From positions 1-63,058 of IMG/VR virus record IMGVR_UViG_3300048998_000312: a stretch of DNA of 63,058 nt. One strand, 5' to 3'. How positions within the stretch are numbered: position 1 is the stretch's first letter; every line of letters begins with the position of its first letter. The translations under genes were made by a program, and so were the position numbers. The stretch comes from a virus. Lineage: Duplodnaviria; Caudoviricetes. Positions 37,226-46,142 of the stretch are shown here, in pieces. The notes under the pieces were generated by a model that had not been told where the DNA came from, made no database searches, and saw only the letters and a list, made by a program, of their open reading frames with translations.

Positions 37226-37500
37226 TGGCGAGCATTCTCCAGAAGTTCTTCGGCGGCGCGCGCCCGCAATGGGACTCGCCCGCCGTGGGCGGCGCGGCGC
37301 CGACGCTGAGCGACACCGTGGACGATCCCGCCGGCCCGTTCCGCTCCCTTTGGGTCGGCGTCGCCGGCAACATCAAAGTCGGAATGGCCGACGGCTCCTC
37401 CGCGACGTTTGCGAATGTGCCGGTCGGTATCCTTCCCGTGACGGCCGTGCGCGTTTACGCGACGGGCACGACGGCGACGAGCCTGGTCGGGCTGCTTTAG
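37225..37500 (+). CDS. Head spike base protein-like (RcGTA rcc01079 family)
   Basis: RSLWVGVAGNIKV.MADG..TFANVP.GILPV..RV.ATGTTAT.LVGL. Confidence 0.75.
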   Translation: MASILQKFFGGARPQWDSPAVGGAAPTLSDTVDDPAGPFRSLWVGVAGNIKVGMADGSSATFANVPVGILPVTAVRVYATGTTATSLVGLL

Positions 37501-37507
37501 CGGTCTG

Positions 37508-37975
37508 ATGTTCTCCATCGAAGTCGACGGCATCCCCGAGCTCGAACGGGACTTCCGCCGCATCGAGGTCACGCTCTCGGACGCCGCCCGCCGTGCCGCC
37601 GAAGCCGGCGCACGCGAAGGCGTCGCCGAAGCCAAGGCGAAGCACGCGTACACCGATCGGACCGGCAAGCTCACGGGGACGGCGACGAGCTACCTCGAAG
37701 CGAGCGCGCCCGGCGGCTCCGTCGCGGTCATGAAGTGGCCGCAGCGCTATGCAAGCTTCGTCGAGAACGGCACCGAGCCGCACATGATCGTGGGCAATCC
37801 GACGCTCACGTTCCGGTGGAAAGGCGTGCTCGTGCACTTCCGCTACGTCAACCACCCGGGCTCGAAGGCCTATCCGTTCGCGGGCCCTGCGATGCAGAAG
37901 GCCGAGCGCGTGATCTACCGCGAGCTCGAGATTGGCGTCTTCGCGGGGCAGCGGATTCTGGAGGAGGCGGCGTGA
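37508..37975 (+). CDS. HK97 gp10-like neck protein
   Basis: DRTGKL, YASFVENGT.PH, VNHPG.K.YPF. Confidence 0.8.
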   Translation: MFSIEVDGIPELERDFRRIEVTLSDAARRAAEAGAREGVAEAKAKHAYTDRTGKLTGTATSYLEASAPGGSVAVMKWPQRYASFVENGTEPHMIVGNPTLTFRWKGVLVHFRYVNHPGSKAYPFAGPAMQKAERVIYRELEIGVFAGQRILEEAA

Positions 37976-38244
37976 GCGAGCGCTCCAAGCGCGAGGACAT
38001 CGGCCACGGCGTCTCGATCGTACGCGTGTCGTACGAAGGGGAGCCGGCCGGTGTCGAGTATTACCACCCGCGTCCGGACGGCTCGGAGTGCAGCGGCTGG
38101 GCGCACTTTGTTGGCGGGTCATGGGATTTCCCCGGCGGGTGGACCGTCGAGAAGCGAGAGCCGCTGACGCTATCCCCCTCGCTCCTCTGCCGAGGATGCG
38201 GTCACCACGGCTTCATTCGCGAAGGCCGATGGGTGCCTGCGTGA
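37972..38244 (+). CDS. DUF6527-like small protein
   Basis: W..PLTLSPSLLC..CGHHGFIREGRW. Confidence 0.65.
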   Translation: MSERSKREDIGHGVSIVRVSYEGEPAGVEYYHPRPDGSECSGWAHFVGGSWDFPGGWTVEKREPLTLSPSLLCRGCGHHGFIREGRWVPA

Positions 38245-38438
38245 CCGTCGAATCCTTCGGCCCCCCGAAGCTCACACGCCAGGGCGTTCGCGACCTCGGT
38301 AATCGCCCGTCGCAAAACGCCGTCCTGCCGCGGCCCTGCGGTCACCGACGAATGAACCATTGCTGCGCGCCGAACCGCTGTGGGCACTGGCGCTGTTCCG
38401 ACTGCGGTCTCGCCTTCGACGAAGGGTTCGGCGGATGA
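38241..38438 (+). CDS. Hypothetical Cys-rich protein
   Basis: Overlaps at both ends. Confidence 0.45.
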   Translation: MTVESFGPPKLTRQGVRDLGNRPSQNAVLPRPCGHRRMNHCCAPNRCGHWRCSDCGLAFDEGFGG

Positions 38439-38656
38439 CCTCTCGCGACTTTTGCTTCTGGCTGCAAGGCGCGATCGAGCTTGCCGATCCGAAGGGCATG
38501 ACGCCCGAGCAGCTCGAGATCGTGAAGCGGCACCTCGCGCTCGTATTTGTGCACGAGATCGACCCGAGCGCTGGCGGGTCGGCCGAGCAGGCGAAGCTCG
38601 ACGCGGTTCATTCGAAGCCGAGCTTCATCCCCAACAAGCCGGGAATGCGGTGCTGA
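38435..38656 (+). CDS. Conserved phage hypothetical protein
   Basis: DFCFWLQG..E..TPEQ..IVK.HL.LVF. Confidence 0.65.
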   Translation: MTSRDFCFWLQGAIELADPKGMTPEQLEIVKRHLALVFVHEIDPSAGGSAEQAKLDAVHSKPSFIPNKPGMRC

Positions 38657-38657
38657 C

Positions 38658-39416
38658 GTGACCGAATCCTTCGGCGCCCAAGCCATCCCCATCACTGCGG
38701 CCCCGGGCGCGCCCGTCACTGTCGCGGTTTCCGCTTCCGATCCGCTCCTTTCGTATCTCGGCTCGTACCTCCGCGCCGCCATCAACGCGCGCCTCTCGGT
38801 GGAGTTCGGAACGCTCATGTTCCAGAACGCGAGCCCGCCGGCCGTAACGGCGCCGATCGGCCACGTCTTCGAGCACGACCCCGAGCTCGACGATTTCAAC
38901 CAGAAGGATCTGCCGGCGCTCTATCTCTTTCGCTCGTCCGACGGCAACGCCGGGATTGAGCAGCTCGCCGAGGATTGGACCCTCACGACGGAGACGATCC
39001 GTGCGCTGTGGGTGCTTCCGAGCGCGACGCAGGACAAGACCTCCTCGCGCGTGCGCTTCGCCTCGAAGCTCTTTCACCTGGCCGGCGCGCTCATCGATGC
39101 AAATCGCGACCCGGCGTGGATCGTGGCCGGCGACGCGGACGAGAACGCGGCCGATCAAGGCTCTTCGCTCGCGACCTTCGGCAAATTCTTCCGCCTCCGG
39201 CTCTCCCGCGGCGCCGTTCGGAAGCCCCTCGCCATCAAGGTCGAAGGGCTCGAGCCCATGAATTACCCGTCCTTCGAGGCGCTCTTCGAAGTGAAGGAGC
39301 GCCTCCTCGTCGACCCCGCGCGGAACGCCACGCTCGTCGGCCTCCACGCCACCGTGACGACCGGCGGCGACGATCCGCCGCTCACGCTCGGCACGTACAC
39401 GCTCGACCGCACGTAG
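38658..39416 (+). CDS. Tail terminator/completion protein (putative)
   Basis: LPALYLFR; position before sheath. Confidence 0.6.
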   Translation: MTESFGAQAIPITAAPGAPVTVAVSASDPLLSYLGSYLRAAINARLSVEFGTLMFQNASPPAVTAPIGHVFEHDPELDDFNQKDLPALYLFRSSDGNAGIEQLAEDWTLTTETIRALWVLPSATQDKTSSRVRFASKLFHLAGALIDANRDPAWIVAGDADENAADQGSSLATFGKFFRLRLSRGAVRKPLAIKVEGLEPMNYPSFEALFEVKERLLVDPARNATLVGLHATVTTGGDDPPLTLGTYTLDRT

Positions 39417-39473
39417 CGGCCGCTCATTCGATATCGCCCGACCCCCGGGCGCTCACTCACGGAGACGATCCGC

Positions 39474-40028
39474 ATGAAGGCACGAATTCGCGTGTTGCCG
39501 AACCCCTATGCGTCGCTCGATGCGGACGGCAATCCGAACGGCGCGTTTCAGCACGAGGGCGTGCCCGGCGCATTCATCGGCGCGCGGCTCGTAAAAGCCG
39601 ACCCGAATCACCGCGAGCCCAACGTCGGCGCGATGATCGCCGGGCTTGCGAAGGCGCCGCTCTGGCGCTTCGAGTTCGACGACGTCGACCCCGTGGAGCT
39701 GGATGCGTCGCCGCACCTGCTTTACGCGATCCGGCACGGCGAGCTTCTGCCGGCCGATGAAGCGACGGCGCGGGAATGCGGCCTGAAGTTCGTGCCGGTG
39801 GGCGATGCGCTCGCGGCGGCGAAGGACAAGGCGTGCAAGGCGTTCAAGGCCGAGACCGGTAAGGAGGCCGCGTGCCTCACGACGCCGCTCGCCGGACTGC
39901 CCGGGCTGAAGCCCGACGCTGCGCCGGAACCGGCCCAAGGCGCGACCGGTGTGGCCATCCTGGCGCTGCCGGCCCCCGAAGGGACCTACCCCCCACCTGA
40001 CGCCACGCACGCCGGAGGTGCCTCGTGA
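39474..40028 (+). CDS. Mu gp38-like pre-sheath protein
   Basis: AIRHGELLPADEATA motif directly before sheath. Confidence 0.55.
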   Translation: MKARIRVLPNPYASLDADGNPNGAFQHEGVPGAFIGARLVKADPNHREPNVGAMIAGLAKAPLWRFEFDDVDPVELDASPHLLYAIRHGELLPADEATARECGLKFVPVGDALAAAKDKACKAFKAETGKEAACLTTPLAGLPGLKPDAAPEPAQGATGVAILALPAPEGTYPPPDATHAGGAS

Positions 40029-41530
40029 CCGATCCGATCATCGTCGTCGCCGGCTTCTCTTCCACGAACAAGGTCCCCGGCTACTTCGGTTCGAACATCT
40101 TCGTCGGCGGCAAGCCGGCGGGAAATCTGTTCCAGCGCCGCGTGCTCCTCGTCGGGCGAATGGGCTCGAACTCCACCGCCGCCGTCGCGACGATCTACCC
40201 GATCTACTCCGAAGGCGATTCGATGCAGTTCGGCTACCGCGGCGAGCTCGCCCGGATGATCCGCGCCGCCGTCCGCGCAAACCCGAGCGCCACGATCTTC
40301 GCGTGCGCCGTCGCCGACACCGGAAGCCCGGCAGCCGCCACGGCAACGATCACGATCGCCGGGACATCGACCGCCGCCTACACCTTTGCCTACCGGTTCG
40401 CCGGTGTGCTCGTGACCGGCACCGTCCCCGCCGGGTCGACGGTCACGCAAGCCGCGGCGGTCATTCGGGACGCGTTCAACGCGAACCCCGAGCTCCCGAT
40501 GGCGGCCACGTCCTCGGCCGGCGTGGTCACGATCACCGTCGATACGCTCGGCGCGCGCGGCAACCAGTACATTCTCGCGCAGGACGCGACCGGCCTCGCG
40601 TCCGGCGTGACGTCGAACCTTGCAGGCGGCAGCGCCCTCGCCAGCGGCGCCGTCCCGCTGTCCGGCGGCTCCGTCGGCACCGAGTCCTATACGTCGCTGC
40701 TCGCGGCTGTTGCGACGGCCCAATACGACCGCATTGCACCGGCCTCCAACGACGCGACGTCGCTCCAAGCCTGGCAAGCGCACTTGCTTTCGCAGTCCGG
40801 CGCGCTCGTCGGCAACCTCGAGCAGCTCGTCTACGCGACGAACACCACGCTCTCCGCGGCGCAATCGCTCACGCAGTCATCCTTGAACGAGCCGCTGATG
40901 CAAGCGCTCTGGCTGCTCAACTCCGAGACGCACCCGAGCGAGCTCGCCGCCATTCACGCAGCGACGCGTGCGACGACGGAGGAAGCGAACCCGAGCCCGC
41001 GCTACCTCAATACGCCGGTCCCGGGTGCTGCGCCGCAGGTCTATCGCGGCGATTGGCCGGGCATCACCGTCCTCGACGCCGCGCTCCAGTCCGGCGTCAC
41101 CCCGCTTCGCACGACCGAGGACGGCAAGGTCGTCGTCGTGCGCGGGATCTGCACGTATTCGAAGAATGGCAGTTCGTCCGACTTCCGATGCCTCGACATC
41201 AACGTGCCGACGATGGGCCAGTACGCGCGGCAGCGCGGCGGCCAGATCTGGAACGACGAGATCCTGCCCGTCTACATCCACGTGCGCCCGAACCCGGGCC
41301 CGGACGATCCCGATCCGCCGGGCGACGTCATCTACCCCGACCTTTGGAAGCGCTTCGTCATGTCGGAGCACGCCGATTGGGAGGGTAATGGGTGGGCAAT
41401 CGAGACCGCCGAGAACCCGCCGACCGTCGTTTACGACAAGACCGGCAAGCGCCTGATGATGGAGGAGCCGGTCGTCGCGACGCCGCTCAATTACCAGCTC
41501 GGCGTGAACGTCCGCTCGATCCAGCCGTAG
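40025..41530 (+). CDS. Tail sheath protein (Mu-type)
   Basis: KVPG, RVLLVG, FG.RGELARM, LSGG, L.SGVTPL..VVRGICTY. Confidence 0.9.
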   Translation: MTDPIIVVAGFSSTNKVPGYFGSNIFVGGKPAGNLFQRRVLLVGRMGSNSTAAVATIYPIYSEGDSMQFGYRGELARMIRAAVRANPSATIFACAVADTGSPAAATATITIAGTSTAAYTFAYRFAGVLVTGTVPAGSTVTQAAAVIRDAFNANPELPMAATSSAGVVTITVDTLGARGNQYILAQDATGLASGVTSNLAGGSALASGAVPLSGGSVGTESYTSLLAAVATAQYDRIAPASNDATSLQAWQAHLLSQSGALVGNLEQLVYATNTTLSAAQSLTQSSLNEPLMQALWLLNSETHPSELAAIHAATRATTEEANPSPRYLNTPVPGAAPQVYRGDWPGITVLDAALQSGVTPLRTTEDGKVVVVRGICTYSKNGSSSDFRCLDINVPTMGQYARQRGGQIWNDEILPVYIHVRPNPGPDDPDPPGDVIYPDLWKRFVMSEHADWEGNGWAIETAENPPTVVYDKTGKRLMMEEPVVATPLNYQLGVNVRSIQP

Positions 41531-41614
41531 CGCTCCCTCGCGCGCTCACGGCGCGCCCCAATCCCAACTTCGTAATCGAACGCGCCGGAATGCCCGGCGC
41601 GATGAGGCGCGCCT

Positions 41615-41983
41615 ATGGCTAACAACGCGGTCGTGACGTCGATCTCGCTCTTCATCGACAAGGTGAAAGTCGGTGAAAGCACAGGTGGGACGATCAAGTT
41701 CAACAACGGCGTTTCGCGAACGATCGTCACCGACGGCATTGCGCTGATGGTCGGCCAGACCGTCTCGGACCTTTCGTTCAAGACCGTCATTCCGCGCGCC
41801 GGCATGAAGGCGCGCATCTTCGAGGCCGTCTTCTCGAAGAAGGATGTCACCGCGCAGTTCGTCATGGACTCGAAGTCGTACGCCATCACCGGCAAGATGA
41901 GCGACGGCTCGGCGGACTGGGATTCGAACGGAAAGCTCGAAGGTAGCTTCGACCTCGTCGCAGGCGAGCCCACGGTCATCTAG
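41615..41983 (+). CDS. Tail tube protein
   Basis: 122 aa beta-rich protein directly after sheath. Confidence 0.75.
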   Translation: MANNAVVTSISLFIDKVKVGESTGGTIKFNNGVSRTIVTDGIALMVGQTVSDLSFKTVIPRAGMKARIFEAVFSKKDVTAQFVMDSKSYAITGKMSDGSADWDSNGKLEGSFDLVAGEPTVI

Positions 41984-41986
41984 GCC

Positions 41987-42541
41987 ATGCGATTCTCTGC
42001 GCTCAAGAAAGGCCGTCGGGCTCGGAAGCTCGTACGTCTTCGCGTTGGCGAGGAGACCGCGGAGTTCGATGTTCGCGTCCTCGGCAACGACGACGACATC
42101 GAAATAGCGTCCGAAGCCGTCCGCCTTTCGAAGGAGAAGGGGCTTCTAGATCCAGCGCCGGGCACTGAGGTCTACGATCGCTTCGAGCGCGCGGTGACCG
42201 TCTTCCTCGCGTGCGTCGATCACGATTCGCCAGAAACCGCGCCAGCGCCCTACTTCGCGAGCGTCGACGAGGTCCTCACCGACCATGCGCTGACGCGCGA
42301 CCACATCGCGATGATCGTGGAAGAGCAGGCGCGATTCCAAAGCGAGTCGTCGCCTCGCCCGCGGTCGATGTCGACCGCAGACTACGTACGCCTGATCGCC
42401 AAGTGCGCGGAGGGAGATATCGGCCCTTTCGCCGAGACCGCGCCCGGCTTGCAGTGGAGCTTTGTGCGGCGTATGGCGAGCCAGCTTTTAGCCTCACAGA
42501 CGCCCAAGTCACCCTCTTCCTCATCGCCCGCGGGGACATAA
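41987..42541 (+). CDS. Tail assembly chaperone 1 (candidate -1 frameshift)
   Basis: Between tube and tape measure; C CCT TTC heptamer at 42424-42430. Confidence 0.7.
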   Translation: MRFSALKKGRRARKLVRLRVGEETAEFDVRVLGNDDDIEIASEAVRLSKEKGLLDPAPGTEVYDRFERAVTVFLACVDHDSPETAPAPYFASVDEVLTDHALTRDHIAMIVEEQARFQSESSPRPRSMSTADYVRLIAKCAEGDIGPFAETAPGLQWSFVRRMASQLLASQTPKSPSSSSPAGT

Positions 42542-42545
42542 AGGT

Positions 42546-43094
42546 ATGAGCGCGTTCGCCGCTCAGCGCGCAGCGTTCCGCACGCCGGCGCGAACGAAGG
42601 ACTTCCCGCCCTCGATCTTCATGGACGCATGGCAAGCGCGCCCGACGAAGCCGACGACGATCGGATTGCGGGTGCCGAGCGACTACGAGTACACGCTTGC
42701 GCGTGCGAACGCCGCACAGATGGCGGCGGAGCTTCATCCTAACGAAGCGTCCGACGGACGCATCGACACCTTCAACGATGCGTTGGTGCGCGAGCTTTGC
42801 GCCGCCGGGATGTGCTCGCCCACGAATGTCTTTGAACCGTTCTTTCCGACGCCGGAGGACGACGTCCGGACGAAGCTCACGAGCGAAGGCGCGAAGAGTG
42901 TCTGGCAAGAAATCGAGCGGCTCGCGTTCGAGACGAGCCCGGTGCATCGCGAAGCGGATGACGAGGAAATGGCGCTCGTAAGTGCCGCGCTCGTGACGCC
43001 GGAGATTATCGACGGAATGCCGGCGTTTCGCGCGAAGCGCATCCGCCGGCTGATCGCGTTTGTGCTCGATGAGCTCGAGACGCTCGGAGGCTAG
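42546..43094 (+). CDS. Tail assembly chaperone 2
   Basis: Position; motif similarity to chaperone 1. Confidence 0.65.
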   Translation: MSAFAAQRAAFRTPARTKDFPPSIFMDAWQARPTKPTTIGLRVPSDYEYTLARANAAQMAAELHPNEASDGRIDTFNDALVRELCAAGMCSPTNVFEPFFPTPEDDVRTKLTSEGAKSVWQEIERLAFETSPVHREADDEEMALVSAALVTPEIIDGMPAFRAKRIRRLIAFVLDELETLGG

Positions 43095-43096
43095 CC

Positions 43097-45238
43097 GTGC
43101 CGAACTTGCTGATTCGTGTCGGCGCTGCTGTCGACAACAGCGTCTCGGCGGCGTTCAAGACCACGATCGCCGCGGCGAAGGCGGCGCAGAAGACCACCGC
43201 GGGCGTCGCCGCTCAAGGCACGCAGGCTACGAAGCGCGAGCTCACGGTGCAGGCCGACGCCCATGTGAAGGTCTTCCAGGCGATCCAGAAGCAGCGTCAG
43301 AAGATCATCGACAACACCTCGAAGATGGCTGGCAAGGCCGCCGTCAAGGAGGCGGCCGACGAGAAGAAAGCCGCCGAGGACGCCGCGAAAGCCAAAGTCG
43401 CGGCGATGGAGAGGGCGGACAAGCTCATTACGCGCATTCGCGATCAGGAGGCGAAGAAGCGCGCGAACCTCGACGCGAAGTACCTCCGCGAAGCCGAAAA
43501 GGACCTCGATCGCAGGCAGAAAGTCCAGGAGCGCACGCTTGCGCGGTATCGCGGAAGCGCGTCGCGCATCGGAAGCGCTGTCGGCAGCGCCGCCTATTCC
43601 GGAGGCCGCCGCGCCCTTGGGTTTACCAAGGACGTCGCGATGGACATCATCGGCGGCACCGGCGTCAACCTCGACATCGGTTCGGCCGTCGCCGCGAACA
43701 CGAGCCTCGAGAGCCGCGCGATCGCGCTCTCCAACTCCGGATTCATGGCGGGCGCGCAAGGCCCGAACGGCGCACGCCAATCCTCTGCCGGCCTGGTGGC
43801 CGAGGCGCGCTCGATTGGCGAATCGACCGCCTTCGACCCCGGGAAGATCATGGAGGGCCTTCAGGCGTTCACCGGCAAAACGGGCGATCTTCAGGCAGGC
43901 CGCGATGCGCTCGCTGACCTCGCCGTCCTCTCGAAGGCGACCGGCACCAATCTCGAGGACATGGTCGACGCCGCCGGCGACGTCTACTCCGCGCTCGGCG
44001 ACATCCCGAACAAGGGATTGGCGATCGTCAACGTCATGAAGTCGATCGCCGGGCAGGGAAAGCTCGGTGCCGTGGAGGTGAAAGACCTCGCGACCCAGAT
44101 GGCGAAGATCGGCGCCGCGACCGGCAAGTTCGAGGGTGGTGGCGCGAAGAACCTCGCAATCTTTGGCGCTTTCGCGCAGGAAGCGCGGCAACGCGGCGGC
44201 GCATCGAGCGCAACGCAGGCAGCGACGTCCGTGCAAAGCTTCGCGAATACGTTCTCGAAGACCGCGCGCTTCGACGCGTTCAAGGCGCTCGGGATCGACG
44301 TCATGAGCAAGACGGAGACGGGGAAGTTTCGCGATCCGCGGGACCTCATCGTCGACGCCCTCGTAAAGACGAAGGGCGATCCGAACAAGATGAACAAGCT
44401 CGTGGCCGACGCGGGCGCGAAGAAAGTCGTCGGCGGCTTTCAGACGGTGTTTCAGGACGCGTACAACACGACGAAGGGCACCGACGACGAGAAGGTCGCC
44501 GCGGCAGCGAAGGCCGTGCGCGAGGAGATGGACCGCCTCACTCAAGCCGCGATGGGCGAGGGCGAGGTCATGGAGTCCTTCAAGAACGCCATGGGGTCTA
44601 CCGAGAGCAAGGCGACGCTGTTCAACAACAAGCTCGAGGCGCTCACCGCGGAGCTCGAAAGCCAAGCGCTCCCCGCGCTCGAGCAGCTCGCCCCCCAGAT
44701 CCTTGCGCTCGTTCCGGCCGTGACCGCGCTTGTCCCGCCGATGGTCCAATTCGGAACAATGCTTGCGACCTGGGTCGGCGACAAAAGTGGCGCGAATCAG
44801 AATGCCGAGGAGAAGGGCGCGGTCGTCGCCGACGTCGCCGCGTTCAATAGCGTAACGACGCTTCGTCACGGTCTAAAGACCGGGAACGTCAGTACCGCCG
44901 ACAAGGTCGTCGCCGAGCAGAACGCCGCCGCGGAAGACATCGCGATCGCCGCGAAGAAGAAGGCCATTGCGGAAGAGCGCTCGAACCTCACTCCGACCGA
45001 CCCGAACGCCTCCTACAACCTTGAAGGCCTGGGCGGGGCGGCGGACGTCGATGCGGCAAACAAGGTCGAGACCGAGAAGGCCGAGCAGCTCCGCGCGAAC
45101 GAGAAGCAGCTCGCGGAGATGGTGCGGACGCGCGAGACGCTCGGAGCCCTCCTGAAGCAGATCGCCGAAAAGAAGGCGGTCACGCCGCCGCAGGCCCCGC
45201 CCGGCAAGCCGCATGAAGCACGCCCCGGAAGTCGATGA
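43097..45238 (+). CDS. Tape measure protein
   Basis: 713 aa Ala/Lys helical protein; QGKLGAVEVKDLA core. Confidence 0.9.
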   Translation: MPNLLIRVGAAVDNSVSAAFKTTIAAAKAAQKTTAGVAAQGTQATKRELTVQADAHVKVFQAIQKQRQKIIDNTSKMAGKAAVKEAADEKKAAEDAAKAKVAAMERADKLITRIRDQEAKKRANLDAKYLREAEKDLDRRQKVQERTLARYRGSASRIGSAVGSAAYSGGRRALGFTKDVAMDIIGGTGVNLDIGSAVAANTSLESRAIALSNSGFMAGAQGPNGARQSSAGLVAEARSIGESTAFDPGKIMEGLQAFTGKTGDLQAGRDALADLAVLSKATGTNLEDMVDAAGDVYSALGDIPNKGLAIVNVMKSIAGQGKLGAVEVKDLATQMAKIGAATGKFEGGGAKNLAIFGAFAQEARQRGGASSATQAATSVQSFANTFSKTARFDAFKALGIDVMSKTETGKFRDPRDLIVDALVKTKGDPNKMNKLVADAGAKKVVGGFQTVFQDAYNTTKGTDDEKVAAAAKAVREEMDRLTQAAMGEGEVMESFKNAMGSTESKATLFNNKLEALTAELESQALPALEQLAPQILALVPAVTALVPPMVQFGTMLATWVGDKSGANQNAEEKGAVVADVAAFNSVTTLRHGLKTGNVSTADKVVAEQNAAAEDIAIAAKKKAIAEERSNLTPTDPNASYNLEGLGGAADVDAANKVETEKAEQLRANEKQLAEMVRTRETLGALLKQIAEKKAVTPPQAPPGKPHEARPGSR

Positions 45239-46140
45239 CAGACCTCTTCGACCGACTTGGGCAGCCGACGTTCGACGGGATCGCATTCCCGATCATGAGC
45301 TACAGGCTCGTCGGCGCGCAGCGGAAGAAGGTCCACACGTACCCGCATGTCAATTCGGGGAAGCCTGAAAAGCTCGGCCGCGAGTGCTACGTCGTGCAGG
45401 TTCAGGCGCTCTTCGACACCTCTCTCGACGCGAGGTACCCGGGCGCGTTCCCGGAAATCCTCAATCAGCTCCTCGCAAAGTTCGAAGCCGGGCTCACGGG
45501 GCCGCTGTTCCTTCCAACGCGCGGAACGATTCAGGCTTTTTGCGAAGGCTGGACCGTCGAGATGTCGTCGGCTGTCCGGAGTGGCGAGCGCGCAGACCTC
45601 ACGTTCCTCGAGGACGATGAGGCGGGCTTTAGCGTCAACGACTTCTCTGTGTTCGGCGCAAACGTCGCCACGAAAGCGCTTACGCTCGCCGAGCTTCGCG
45701 CCGCCTACGACGCCGAGCTTGCCCCGGCGGACAAGTCGCTTTTCGATGGGATCGACGACGCGGTAAACCAGGTCCGCGCCGTCCAAGGCGCCGCCGAGCT
45801 TTCGTCCCAGCTCGTGCTCGCCAAGCTCGAAAGGCTCTCTAGCCTCTGCGCCGAGGTCGAGGACGGCGTCGCGCTCGTTCAAGACGTACGCGCATGGCCG
45901 CTGCTCGAGGCGACGAAGGAGCTTTGGTCGACGGCCGCGAACGCCGCGAACGACATCGCGAATCAGGGCGTGCCAATGCGGACCTACACGACGCCAACCT
46001 TGATGGCGCTGCCTCTGGTTTCGCTCGCGATTTACGGTGATTCCGCGCGAGGCAGCTCGCTCCTCGACTTGAACTTCTTCGAGGACGCGTTCGCGATCCC
46101 GCCGGGCACGAAGGTTCTCTACTACCCCGACGCGGCCTAG
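45235..46140 (+). CDS. Mu gp43-like DNA circularisation/tube initiator protein
   Basis: TFDGIAF..HTYP..EKLGR..G.L.LPTRG..LTFLED. Confidence 0.85.
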   Translation: MTDLFDRLGQPTFDGIAFPIMSYRLVGAQRKKVHTYPHVNSGKPEKLGRECYVVQVQALFDTSLDARYPGAFPEILNQLLAKFEAGLTGPLFLPTRGTIQAFCEGWTVEMSSAVRSGERADLTFLEDDEAGFSVNDFSVFGANVATKALTLAELRAAYDAELAPADKSLFDGIDDAVNQVRAVQGAAELSSQLVLAKLERLSSLCAEVEDGVALVQDVRAWPLLEATKELWSTAANAANDIANQGVPMRTYTTPTLMALPLVSLAIYGDSARGSSLLDLNFFEDAFAIPPGTKVLYYPDAA

Positions 46141-46142
46141 AA

